Shown piece by piece: positions 1-8,511 of a DNA stretch of 64,000 nt. The first letter of the stretch is position 1. Every line of letters starts with the position of its first letter. The stretch covers positions 78,182 through 142,181 of the forward strand of contig CASEZG010000002.1 in NCBI GenBank assembly GCA_949292375.1, written 5' to 3'. The position numbers and the translations under genes are program-made. The DNA comes from an uncultured Pseudomonadota bacterium (GTDB lineage: Bacteria > Pseudomonadota > Alphaproteobacteria > RF32 > CAG-239). The notes below the pieces were generated by a model. That model was given only the letters and a program-made list of their open reading frames with translations. It had not been told where the DNA came from and ran no database searches.

Positions 1-230
1 GCCAAGAAATAGCCGCTCCAGCGCGATTTTCCGGACAAATAATCTCGTACGCGCTCCGGACTGAGCTGAGAACGAAACAGCGAGATGATGAATATTAATA
101 AATATAAAAGGACGAAGATTTTGGTGCTGTCTTCAATAAAAAAGTGTACAGCAGAGCCTAAATGGGTTTCTTTGGTGAGCCCAATTTGCAAAATTGCCCA
201 ATCTGCCAAATGTGTAAAAATGTCTAACAT
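1..230 (-). CDS. Predicted permease (DUF318/ArsP-like), N-terminal fragment running off the window edge
   Basis: Not in the ORF track. Manual minus-strand translation from ATG at 230 gives MLDIFTHLADWAILQIGLTKETHLGSAVHFFIEDSTKIFVLLYLLIFIISLFRSQLSPERVRDYLSGKSRWSGYF. It has a hydrophobic TM segment, and its ATG overlaps the arsR stop (ATGTTAG). ArsR-permease pairing is common. Confidence 0.5.
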   Translation of the reverse strand, partial: MLDIFTHLADWAILQIGLTKETHLGSAVHFFIEDSTKIFVLLYLLIFIISLFRSQLSPERVRDYLSGKSRWSGYFL

Positions 231-529
231 TGGCACCCTCCCTCGCAACAATCTGTCAGCAAAAATTTGGTAATTTCTTTAATTTGCTTACAATTTGGTT
301 TGTAAAATATTTGTTTGCCTTGTTTTTCTGAAGAACATAATCCGACATTTGTCATTAAGCTTAAATGGAAGGATAATGTATTTCTCGGAAAATCATTCAT
401 TAAAGAAGATATTTCGGTTGGTGTAATGCCTTCTGTGCTATGTTCCACCAAAATACGAAAAATTTGCAGACGTGTTTCATTGCTCAAAGCATCAAACACA
501 GCTGCTATATCTGTTAAATTATTTGTCAT
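224..529 (-). CDS. arsR: ArsR/SmtB-family metal/metalloid-responsive transcriptional repressor
   Basis: 101 aa. The winged-HTH signature ALSNETRLQIFRILV...TPTEIS...NTLSFHLSLM is typical of ArsR. The tail is Cys-rich (DCCEGGCQC). Confidence 0.85.
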   Translation of the reverse strand: MTNNLTDIAAVFDALSNETRLQIFRILVEHSTEGITPTEISSLMNDFPRNTLSFHLSLMTNVGLCSSEKQGKQIFYKPNCKQIKEITKFLLTDCCEGGCQC

Positions 530-541
530 AATCTTATTTCC

Positions 542-565
542 ATATTTCTAGTAATATAGAAATAT
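542..565. promoter_or_regulatory. Inverted repeat, candidate ArsR operator in the divergent promoter region
   Basis: ATATTTCTA-gtaata-TAGAAATAT: perfect 9-bp arms with a 6-nt spacer, 13 nt upstream of the arsR start codon. Confidence 0.3.
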
Positions 566-689
566 TATAAAAAAAATATTTTTTTCAAGTTTTTTTAATC
601 TGCATATAAAATCTGTTAAATAATACTTGACTTGGCTGAGGGATAAACGCTTTACTGTAACAAGTATTAATTTTGGGAATAATCTGGAA

Positions 690-1859
690 ATGTCTGAGGC
701 AAAGAAAGTTTATCTGAGCAAAGTTCAACTCAAGGCTGAGCTGGACAGATGTCTTAATTGCAAAAATGAACCCTGTATGCATGCCTGCCCTGTTCACTGC
801 AACCCGCGCGCTTTTATAGAATATACTAAAAACGGCAATACTCAAGGCGCGGTCAAGAACATAAGCGATGCCAACCCGATGGGGCAAACTTGCGGTTTGA
901 TTTGTCCTGATAAGTTTTGTATGAAAGCTTGCACGCGTGCTAAAATTGACTTTGCTATTAATATTCCTAAGGTTCAAGCAACCATTATGGAAAACTTTCG
1001 AACAGAAAAAGAAGACTACAGTCAGATTGAGCCCAATGGCAAGAAAATTGCCATTATCGGTGGTGGTCCGGCCGGTATTGCGGCTGCGACATCTTTAGCA
1101 AAAAAAGGTTACCTTGCGCATATTTTTGAAAAAACAGATAAAATCGGCGGTGCCTTGAACCTTATCCCGCAAAATAGATTGCCACAAGAATCTATTGATA
1201 AAGACTGGGCTTTTGTTAGCGATACACCTCTAATCTCGGTTAACTTTAATACGAGTGTGAAAGATGTTGTTGCTCTTTTGACTGATTATGACGGCGTGAT
1301 TGTTACCACCGGTGAACCTAACACTGCCATCTTAAACATTAAGGGCGAAGAGCATTGTGTTTCGCATATGGATTATCTGAAATATCCCGACAAATATGTT
1401 ACATCCGGCAAAGTGGCAGTCATCGGCGGCGGAAATGTGGCTGCAGACTGTGCTTTTACGGCAGCCAAAGGCGGTGCTGAACAAGTGGATATGTTTGTGC
1501 GACGCAAACTCTCTGATATGCGCATTTCTAAAGCGGAATATTTGGAGCTGATTGACGAACATATTAATGTCTCTGCCTTATGCAGCCCGGAATGTGTTGA
1601 AAAAACTCCTGATGGCTATACACTAACCGTGCATCGTAATCGATTCAGGGACAAAAAATTAGAAGCCGTGCCTGAAACATCATTCAAAATTCCGGGGTTT
1701 GCGCTGATTATTAAAGCTGTGGGGAGTTTTGCAGATGAAAAAGTCTCGCATGAAAAAGTTATTTATGCTGGAGATTGTAAAACAGGCGGTTCCACCCTTG
1801 TAGAAGCTCTGGCTTCCGGCAAAGCCGCGGCGGAAGAAATGCACCAAAAACTCAGCTGA
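690..1859 (+). CDS. GltD/PreT-like NAD(P)H-dependent Fe-S flavoprotein oxidoreductase
   Basis: N-terminal Cys clusters (CLNCKNEPCMHACP; CGLICPDKFCMKAC) followed by two Rossmann motifs (IAIIGGGPAGIAAA; VAVIGGGNVAADCA). ATG at 690 preferred over the TTG at 627 used in the track. Confidence 0.75.
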   Translation: MSEAKKVYLSKVQLKAELDRCLNCKNEPCMHACPVHCNPRAFIEYTKNGNTQGAVKNISDANPMGQTCGLICPDKFCMKACTRAKIDFAINIPKVQATIMENFRTEKEDYSQIEPNGKKIAIIGGGPAGIAAATSLAKKGYLAHIFEKTDKIGGALNLIPQNRLPQESIDKDWAFVSDTPLISVNFNTSVKDVVALLTDYDGVIVTTGEPNTAILNIKGEEHCVSHMDYLKYPDKYVTSGKVAVIGGGNVAADCAFTAAKGGAEQVDMFVRRKLSDMRISKAEYLELIDEHINVSALCSPECVEKTPDGYTLTVHRNRFRDKKLEAVPETSFKIPGFALIIKAVGSFADEKVSHEKVIYAGDCKTGGSTLVEALASGKAAAEEMHQKLS

Positions 1860-1933
1860 GATTAAACCTTGTCTCTGGCTTCAAAATATGCTAATATTTG
1901 AATTGTTCAAGAATTGAAGACAAGGAAAAGCAA

Positions 1934-3106
1934 ATGACATCACATCTCTATGTATATCAACGCACGGAAAAAACCGAAGATAATCCTTTTGGATTTGTGG
2001 AAAGGAAGCAGATTCCCGCAGATGAGGCTTGCGTGGTTTATTTGGGCGGCGACGGCACCGAAAAAGAAAAAGACGCTAATGGTTATGCTAAAATTATTAA
2101 AAACGAGATTTTAGCGCCGATGAACATAGATATACCCGTTTATAGCGTACGTTATGATTTTGGTGATGCAAACAAAGATTATATGCGAAAAAGTCTGTTT
2201 AAAAAACATGGGATGATTATGTCTTCCAAGCTGCGTGCTAAAATTGATGAAAATTCCGGTCCTGAAGAACTTAATCCGAAATATATTGAAGATTTGTACC
2301 ATAAAGTTATTGAGCCAAGAATCTCTCAAAACGGCAAAAAAATTGATGCAGAGGAAGCGATGCGCCGGCTACGCAAAGTTACTTTTGTGGCGCATTGCCA
2401 TGGTGGTTTTATGTCCGTGAAATTAGAAGAGCTTATGCAGCAAAAAATGGCTGAGCTTGGTTATTCGGGCAAAGAAAAAAAACAAATACAACAGCAGATG
2501 ACGGTAATTGCCCATGCGCCGGGGTGTCCTTTGGGCGTGGCGAAGTCAAATATCATCAGCTTTATGTCTGCTTATGATTACAAAATTCCTATACCATTAA
2601 ATTATTTTACGGATTATATTGATAAACGCTTACGAGAAAATAATATGCGTTATTATGCCGAAAAAAATAAGAATCAGGAAAATATTGAAAAATACAGATG
2701 GTTTGACCTAAAACCTTCATTCTTAAGCGGTAAAATGGGAAATATGTTTTTGGTTAAACAGAGATTTCCGTTTTCAGATGAAGGGCCTGCGGAGATTAAT
2801 CCCGATGAACATGATGTTGTCAATTATCAGGAGACTGCTCAGATTAATTATGGGCGGCTTCTTACACATTTCAGCAAGACTATCTTGAACAACGTCATCA
2901 AAAACTCTTTGCAACAGGATGAAAAATTTACGCCTCTGCCGCCCTTGGAAGAACTTATTTTGAGCGATGATAAAAATATGAATATCAAAGAAGCTTCGGC
3001 TTTTGAAAAAATGAAAGCAAACGGAGAAGCTTTGACCAAAGAAGTTTATGACCACGCCCGAAAAATTACTCGGGCTTATTTGGCGAAAAAACGGCAGAAT
3101 GGCTAA
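1934..3106 (+). CDS. Hypothetical protein, alpha/beta-hydrolase-like with a Cys in the nucleophile-elbow position
   Basis: Long ORF ending at a terminator. Motifs VVYLGGDG and TFVAHCHGG (Sm-x-Nu-x-Sm-Sm with Nu=Cys). I recognise no family. ATG at 1934 preferred. Confidence 0.55.
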   Translation: MTSHLYVYQRTEKTEDNPFGFVERKQIPADEACVVYLGGDGTEKEKDANGYAKIIKNEILAPMNIDIPVYSVRYDFGDANKDYMRKSLFKKHGMIMSSKLRAKIDENSGPEELNPKYIEDLYHKVIEPRISQNGKKIDAEEAMRRLRKVTFVAHCHGGFMSVKLEELMQQKMAELGYSGKEKKQIQQQMTVIAHAPGCPLGVAKSNIISFMSAYDYKIPIPLNYFTDYIDKRLRENNMRYYAEKNKNQENIEKYRWFDLKPSFLSGKMGNMFLVKQRFPFSDEGPAEINPDEHDVVNYQETAQINYGRLLTHFSKTILNNVIKNSLQQDEKFTPLPPLEELILSDDKNMNIKEASAFEKMKANGEALTKEVYDHARKITRAYLAKKRQNG

Positions 3107-3139
3107 AAAAATCCCCTCTTTTGCGGAGGGGATTTTTTT
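3104..3139. terminator. Bidirectional rho-independent terminator
   Basis: AAAAAAATCCCCTC-ttttgcg-GAGGGGATTTTTTT between convergent genes. Confidence 0.65.
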
Positions 3140-3680
3140 AATGAATGCTTTTGCCTATTTCATATGCCTGCTGTATGGCCGGAGATGCGTTAATATCGCC
3201 TATCTGCCAAGCTCCCGTACCATAAATCACGCCTTTTTCTTTAGCTCCTGTCAGGCAGTCTTCCGTAAAGCCTCTAAAGCCCTCCAAAGTGCGGCGCATA
3301 TTGTCCTTGTTATCATCTGCTGCCGCCACAATGAAGTAAAAGTCTTTGTCCGCTATTTCTTCATAGCGCGGAACAGTGCGGTCTATCAGGGTTTTCATTT
3401 GTCCGTTCATAGAATAAAAGTAAACCGGCGTTGCCATAACAATTACGTCGGCCTTAATCATCTTGTCCAGAATCTCGGCCATATCATCTTTTTGCACGCA
3501 TTTATGCGTATTGTTGCAAACGCCGCAGCCCCGACAATAATTTATCTGCTTGTCGTTAATATAAATCTTCTCTACTTCGTTGCCTGCTTCTTTGGCACCT
3601 TCCATAAATTTGTCGCAAAGTGTATCTGAATTGCCGTGTTTGCGGAAGCTGGCTGACAAGATTAAAACTTTTTTACTCAT
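3138..3680 (-). CDS. NADPH-dependent FMN reductase / flavodoxin-like fold protein (iron-sulfur flavoprotein-like)
   Basis: MSKKVLILSASFRKHGNSDTL, CRGCGVC and MATPVYFYSMNGQMKTLIDR are typical of the FMN_red / multimeric flavodoxin family. Confidence 0.8.
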   Translation of the reverse strand: MSKKVLILSASFRKHGNSDTLCDKFMEGAKEAGNEVEKIYINDKQINYCRGCGVCNNTHKCVQKDDMAEILDKMIKADVIVMATPVYFYSMNGQMKTLIDRTVPRYEEIADKDFYFIVAAADDNKDNMRRTLEGFRGFTEDCLTGAKEKGVIYGTGAWQIGDINASPAIQQAYEIGKSIH

Positions 3681-3695
3681 CTTTTTTCCTTTCTG

Positions 3696-4169
3696 TTATT
3701 TATACTCACTATCGGTAACCGGATTAAGCCATGTGGTTTGATTGTTCGGCAAATTGGTTTCTATGGAAATATGCGTAAACCAAGCGTTCGGTGCTGCGCC
3801 ATGCCAATGTTCAACATTGAGCGGAATGCGAACGACATCACCTTTATGCAAAACCTGTACCTCTTTTCCTTTTTCCTGATATCTTCCCTCGCCGTCCAAG
3901 ACCAAAAGGATTTGTCCGCCGCTGTGCTTGTGCCAGTTTGTTCTCGCGCCGGGCTCAAAAGTTACGTTCGCTATTGAGGAATTCCAGATTTCATCATTTG
4001 CGCTCAAACGCTGCAAATAAGTTTGTCCGGTAAAAAATTCGCCGTAAGGATTTTTCTCGCCTTGTCCGAATACGGTATTAAGCGGTGCTGTTTTCATTTC
4101 TGTTGCTCCTGTTATGCTTGAAAAAGTTAAAATGATGGCACTTAGCCCTAAGATTATGCTTTTGCACAT
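3696..4169 (-). CDS. Secreted cupin-domain protein
   Basis: N-terminal signal peptide. Cupin motifs NWHKHSGGQILLVLDGEG and VRIPLNVEHWHGA. Appears co-transcribed with the flavoprotein. Confidence 0.75.
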   Translation of the reverse strand: MCKSIILGLSAIILTFSSITGATEMKTAPLNTVFGQGEKNPYGEFFTGQTYLQRLSANDEIWNSSIANVTFEPGARTNWHKHSGGQILLVLDGEGRYQEKGKEVQVLHKGDVVRIPLNVEHWHGAAPNAWFTHISIETNLPNNQTTWLNPVTDSEYK

Positions 4170-4212
4170 TATGCCTCCTTTTTGAAGATTAAACGAATCT
4201 GCTTTTTTGAAA

Positions 4213-4243
4213 AGCGTAACACTTAGAGGTTACTCTAGGTCAA
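4213..4243 (-). promoter_or_regulatory. Putative promoter with a 19-bp spacer containing a dyad (MerR-type geometry)
   Basis: Minus strand reads TTGACC-tagagtaacctctaagtgt-TACGCT. The dyad TAGAG-n4-CTCTA lies inside the spacer, upstream of the cupin/flavoprotein operon. Confidence 0.3.
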
Positions 4244-4303
4244 GAGCTTATTTGCAACTTGCAAAAAAAATTTTTTGTTCTACAAAGTTAATATAGAGGT
4301 TTG

Positions 4304-4657
4304 ATGATGATTGACAGTATATTAAATAAACTTGAAAAATCAAAATTTCGCAGTTCTTTTAAGCTTGGTAAAAAGTATAAAACTTATGTTGCCGAGAAAG
4401 GCTATGACACCATCCGCCGACATGCGGAAGATTTTATTGCTACCCGCCTTGCTCCGGCGAATATCCCAAACGACGGCCACCAAACGCCGATGAAAAATCA
4501 TCCCGTATTTATTGCTCAACACGCTACGGCAACTTGTTGTCGGCATTGTTTTGAAAAATGGCACAAGGTTTCGCCGAATATTCAGCTCTCGGCTGAACAA
4601 CAGAAATATGCCGTAGATTTGATTATGGCTTGGATTGAAAAACAAATGCGCTCTTAG
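4304..4657 (+). CDS. DUF4186-family protein
   Basis: FKLGKKYKTYV...RRHAEDFIATRLAPANIPNDGHQTPMKNHPVFIAQHATATCCRHCFEKWH matches the conserved core I recall for DUF4186. Confidence 0.7.
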   Translation: MMIDSILNKLEKSKFRSSFKLGKKYKTYVAEKGYDTIRRHAEDFIATRLAPANIPNDGHQTPMKNHPVFIAQHATATCCRHCFEKWHKVSPNIQLSAEQQKYAVDLIMAWIEKQMRS

Positions 4658-5130
4658 GGCATTATGATATCTGCCGTAGCGCAATTTATGACCTTTTGCA
4701 AATCGGCCAAAGAAGTTTCTACCTGATAGCCGACTTTTCCCGCACTGTAAATTATTGTTGTGTAGTCCTGAGCCGAGGCGTGAACCACCGTCGGAAATTG
4801 TTTTTTCATACCTATCGGCGAGCAACCGCCGTGAATATATCCCGTGAGCGGCAAAAGTTCTTTTTGTTTGAGCATTTCAACGTCTTTTTCCTTTACTGCC
4901 GCAGCCGCTTTTTTCAGATTCAGCTCCTCGGCAACGGGAATCATAAAAACGTAATAATGTCTGGATTTGCTTACCGTTACCAAGGTCTTAAAAACTCGGT
5001 TTACATCCTCGTTTAAGGCGGCAGCGACTTCAACGCCGTTTACCGCGCCGGTTCCCTCGTAACAATAATGCTTGTAGGGAATCTTTTGTTTTTCTAAAAT
5101 GCGCATAACATTAGTTTTTACTTCGCTCAT
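4654..5130 (-). CDS. ybaK: Cys-tRNA(Pro)/Cys-tRNA(Cys) deacylase YbaK
   Basis: 158 aa with a YbaK signature (TNVMRILEKQKIPY...LTGYIHGGCSPIGMKK). 4-nt overlap with the upstream ABC-F gene. Confidence 0.85.
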   Translation of the reverse strand: MSEVKTNVMRILEKQKIPYKHYCYEGTGAVNGVEVAAALNEDVNRVFKTLVTVSKSRHYYVFMIPVAEELNLKKAAAAVKEKDVEMLKQKELLPLTGYIHGGCSPIGMKKQFPTVVHASAQDYTTIIYSAGKVGYQVETSLADLQKVINCATADIIMP

Positions 5131-6980
5131 TTTTTCCTTAATCTCTCCAATTTTTCAAGCTGTTCGCTTAAGCTCAGCCACTCTTCCTCATATTCGCCCA
5201 AAGTTGCGGCAATCCATGCCAGCTCTTTTTGGTTTTTGATGATTTCTTCCGTGCTCAGCGGAGTTTGAAAAGCATCTTCCAAAGTTTTTTTATCAGCATT
5301 GAGCTTTTCCATCTCGCGCTCGATACGGCGCAAACGAGAATTAATATTTTTCTTTTCTTCTCTTATATTTATCCTTGGCTCTTCAAGTTTTTGTTTAGGT
5401 TTTTGTTCTTTTTCTTTAGGCTGATTTTTATTCAAAAGAAGATTTTTATAATCTTCCAAATCGCCGTCATAGGGCTTGCAAGTTCCGTCTTTTACCAACC
5501 ACAAATTATCAGCAATAAGCTCTATCAAATGAATGTCGTGGGTGATGAGAATAACCGAGCCGTTATATTCGTTTAAGGCGGTTATCAATGCCTCGCGGCC
5601 ATCAATATCCAAGTGGTTGGTTGGCTCGTCTAAAATCAGGAGTTGTGGCGCATTATAAGTCATAGCGGCAAATAAAAGTCTGGCTTTTTCGCCACCGGAG
5701 AGCAAGTTTATTTGGGTTTGCGCTTTTTCCTGCCCCAAGCCAAATCTTGCCAAATGTGCACGCAATTTTGGCTCCGGAAAATCCGGCAGCAGATGCGCCA
5801 TAAAGGCACAAGGCGTTTCATCCATCGGCAGCTCTTCCGCCTGATGTTGGGCAAAATAACCGACTTTGAGCTTGGAAGAGCGAATGTCCCTACCCTCCAT
5901 TAAGGGTAACCTTTGAGAGATGAGCTTAGCTAAGGTTGACTTACCGTTGCCGTTGGCTCCGAGCAAAGCAATACGGTCATTGTCTACAATTTGCAAATTG
6001 AGCTTTTTTAAAACCGGTTTACCGTCATAGCCGACGACACCATTTTCTATGGTCAGCATTGGAGGCGGCAGTTCTTCCGCTTCAGGAAAACTGAAATGCG
6101 TTGAAGCATCATCTTCCATCAAAGTTACGGTTTGAAGCTTTTCCAACATCTTGATACGGCTTTGCGCCTGTTTGGCCTTGCTTGCTTTATACCTGAAACG
6201 ATCAACAAAAGATTGCAGGTGGCGGCGTTTTTGTTCCTGTTTTTCCGCCTGCTTTTGCAAGACCTCTTTTTGCTGAGCCCTCGTGGCCTGAAAAGTGTCA
6301 TAATTGCCGGAATAGGTTATGAGCTTCTGATGGTCAAAATGCACAATATAATTACACAGAGAGTTCAAAATATTGCGGTCATGGCTGATGATGACCAAAG
6401 TTCCGCGATATTTTTGCAGATGGTTTTCCAGCCACATTCCGGCTTCCAAATCCAAGTGGTTTGTCGGCTCATCCAAAAGCAAAACTTCGGACGGGCGAAA
6501 CAAAGCCGCCGCCAAAGCCAAACGCATTCGCCAGCCACCGGAAAACTCTCTTATCGGACGCGTAAAATCTTCATTCTTAAAACCTAAACCATGCAAAATC
6601 TCTGCCGCGCGCGCCGGAGCCGAGGCCGCTTCTATTATCTTCAAACGTTCGTGGATTTCGCCTAATTCGCTTTCCGGTGCAGTTTCAAGCTTTTGCAAAA
6701 GCTCGGCTCGTTCAACATCTGAAGCCAGCAAAAAATCCATTATCGGAATATTGATATCGTGCATTTCTTGCTCAACAAAGACCACACGATAGCCATTGGG
6801 AAAATATATTGAGCCGGTTTCGGTCTCAAGCTCGCCTTTTAATGCTCTGAACAGCGTGGATTTTCCGCAACCGTTTGCACCGACCAAGCCAACCTTTTGC
6901 CCGTCTGATATATGTGCAAAAGCGTGTTCCAAAAGAACTTTGGAACCAATGCGCAGCGTTATGTCGTTTATATCTATCAT
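5127..6980 (-). CDS. ABC-F family ATPase (tandem ABC domains, no TM domain, C-terminal coiled coil)
   Basis: Two Walker A sites (GANGCGKST; GANGNGKST), two signature motifs (FSGGWRMR; LSGGEKAR), two Walker B sites (LLLDEPTNHLD; LILDEPTNHLD), and a K/E-rich tail. Confidence 0.9.
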   Translation of the reverse strand: MIDINDITLRIGSKVLLEHAFAHISDGQKVGLVGANGCGKSTLFRALKGELETETGSIYFPNGYRVVFVEQEMHDINIPIMDFLLASDVERAELLQKLETAPESELGEIHERLKIIEAASAPARAAEILHGLGFKNEDFTRPIREFSGGWRMRLALAAALFRPSEVLLLDEPTNHLDLEAGMWLENHLQKYRGTLVIISHDRNILNSLCNYIVHFDHQKLITYSGNYDTFQATRAQQKEVLQKQAEKQEQKRRHLQSFVDRFRYKASKAKQAQSRIKMLEKLQTVTLMEDDASTHFSFPEAEELPPPMLTIENGVVGYDGKPVLKKLNLQIVDNDRIALLGANGNGKSTLAKLISQRLPLMEGRDIRSSKLKVGYFAQHQAEELPMDETPCAFMAHLLPDFPEPKLRAHLARFGLGQEKAQTQINLLSGGEKARLLFAAMTYNAPQLLILDEPTNHLDIDGREALITALNEYNGSVILITHDIHLIELIADNLWLVKDGTCKPYDGDLEDYKNLLLNKNQPKEKEQKPKQKLEEPRINIREEKKNINSRLRRIEREMEKLNADKKTLEDAFQTPLSTEEIIKNQKELAWIAATLGEYEEEWLSLSEQLEKLERLRKK

Positions 6981-7039
6981 AATGGGAAAGTTGATAGCAT
7001 AGAGTATTGTTTAGCGCAACATAAATTTAAGAAAACGAA

Positions 7040-7210
7040 TCAGCATATTGTGGTATTTGCTTGATAAAATTGGCTTACTTTTGTCGGGCTCGTGTCATCA
7101 TATGAATAGATGCGGTTGGAATAGATTGTATATAATATGGACACGACAATAAGGAAGCCGATTATTCCCAGCTTGAAGTAATCCAACAAAAACAGCAATG
7201 TTTTGAACAT
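7040..7210 (-). CDS. Possible 56-aa single-TM small protein
   Basis: Below the ORF-track cutoff. Manual translation: MFKTLLFLLDYFKLGIIGFLIVVSILYTIYSNRIYSYDDTSPTKVSQFYQANTTIC. Weak RBS and no homology recognised. Confidence 0.2.
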   Translation of the reverse strand: MFKTLLFLLDYFKLGIIGFLIVVSILYTIYSNRIYSYDDTSPTKVSQFYQANTTIC

Positions 7211-7324
7211 TTGCTCTTCGCCTTTACAAATCTTATTCCGTTTCTTTGCTCTTAGTATATTAATTTTTAATTCCGCAACAAGTTTTGTTTGAAATTAAGC
7301 ACAGCTTTTTATTTGCACAATAAT

Positions 7325-7340
7325 TGGCACGGAAATTGCA
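7325..7340 (+). promoter_or_regulatory. sigma54 (RpoN) -24/-12 promoter for the flgI operon
   Basis: TGGCACggaaaTTGCA is an exact match to TGGCAC-N5-TTGCW. The GG and GC are separated by 10 nt. It lies 46 nt upstream of the flgI ATG. Confidence 0.6.
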
Positions 7341-7385
7341 TATAACAATATAAGTTTAATGTGATTTTTGCGGAGTTTCTGCGTT

Positions 7386-8510
7386 ATGAATGCCAAATTT
7401 GTTAAGAAAACTGCCAGTTTTGCCCTAGTTGTGCTTATCTCACTGATGATGAGCGGAACGGCTTTTTCGGCATCGCGTATAAAAGATATTGCCGACTTTG
7501 AGGGTGTACGAGACAACCAATTGGTCGGTTATGGTATGGTTGTGGGCTTGAATGGTACGGGTGATAATATCAAGTCTATCAACTTTGCCAAGGAAAGTTT
7601 GGTTTCTTTGTTAGACAGCGTAGGTATTAACTCTCGTGATGGACAAGTTAAATCTAAAAACATTGCCTCGGTTATGGTTACGGCTAATCTGCCGGCTTTC
7701 GCTCGTCAGGGTAGTCGCATTGACGTTATGGTATCGGCTTTGGGCGATGCGACAAACTTGCAAGGCGGAACTTTGATTGCTACACCTTTGGTCGGCGCAA
7801 ACGGTGAGGTTTATGCCGTTGCTCAGGGACAAGTTGCCGTCGGCGGTGTTTCGGCTCGCGGTGCAAATGCTTCCGTTACCAAAGGTGTTCCGACCTCGGG
7901 ACGTATTGCTAACGGTGCGATTATTGAAAACGAAATTCCCTTCTCTTTGGAAAGCTTGGATACAATTCGCATTGCGTTAAGAAACCCTGACTTTACAACA
8001 GCCAGACGTGTTTCAGACGCAATCAACGCTTTTTTGGGTGAGCAAACGGCCAAAGCTACCGATCCTGCAACCATCGCTCTTGATGTTCCGGAAGCATATA
8101 AAGATAAAATCGTTGATTTGATGACCAAGATTGAGCAGCTCCAAGTTCAGCCTGACCAGACGGCAAAAGTGATTATTGATGAGAGCTCCGGCATTGTGGT
8201 TATCGGTAAAGATGTCAAAATCAATCGTCTTGCCATAGCTCAAGGAAACTTGACCATTAAAATCACGGATGTTCCTCTCGTTTCTCAGCCTTTGCCTTTC
8301 TCTGACGGAACAACGGTTGTGGATACGCTGACGGCTATTGATATTGATGAAAGCGTTGATTCTAAGCTCAGCGTTTTGGATACGGGTGTTAATCTGCAAG
8401 AACTGGTGGATGGTTTGAATGCCTTGGGAGTTAGCCCGCGCGACCTCATCAGCATTTTGCAAGCCATTAAAGCCAGCGGTGCTTTGCAGGCAGATATTGA
8501 GGTGATTTAA
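7386..8510 (+). CDS. flgI: Flagellar P-ring protein FlgI
   Basis: Signal peptide followed by RIKDIADFEGVRDNQLVGYGMVVGLNGTGD, the canonical FlgI N-terminus. C-terminus ALGVSPRDLISILQAIKASGALQADIEVI. Confidence 0.95.
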   Translation: MNAKFVKKTASFALVVLISLMMSGTAFSASRIKDIADFEGVRDNQLVGYGMVVGLNGTGDNIKSINFAKESLVSLLDSVGINSRDGQVKSKNIASVMVTANLPAFARQGSRIDVMVSALGDATNLQGGTLIATPLVGANGEVYAVAQGQVAVGGVSARGANASVTKGVPTSGRIANGAIIENEIPFSLESLDTIRIALRNPDFTTARRVSDAINAFLGEQTAKATDPATIALDVPEAYKDKIVDLMTKIEQLQVQPDQTAKVIIDESSGIVVIGKDVKINRLAIAQGNLTIKITDVPLVSQPLPFSDGTTVVDTLTAIDIDESVDSKLSVLDTGVNLQELVDGLNALGVSPRDLISILQAIKASGALQADIEVI

Positions 8511-8511
8511 G

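Noticed and set aside
85-977. Plus/minus ORFs 85-273, 315-551 and 585-977
   Set aside because: They overlap the permease start, arsR and the oxidoreductase 5' region on the opposite strand or in other frames. They are AT-rich with no motifs.
3048-3629. 193-aa plus-strand ORF
   Set aside because: It is antisense to the well-supported FMN-reductase gene (3138-3680) and has a hydrophobic, junk-like composition.
4340-4825. 161-aa minus-strand ORF
   Set aside because: It overlaps both the DUF4186 gene (antisense) and the 3' end of ybaK in another frame. It has no motifs.
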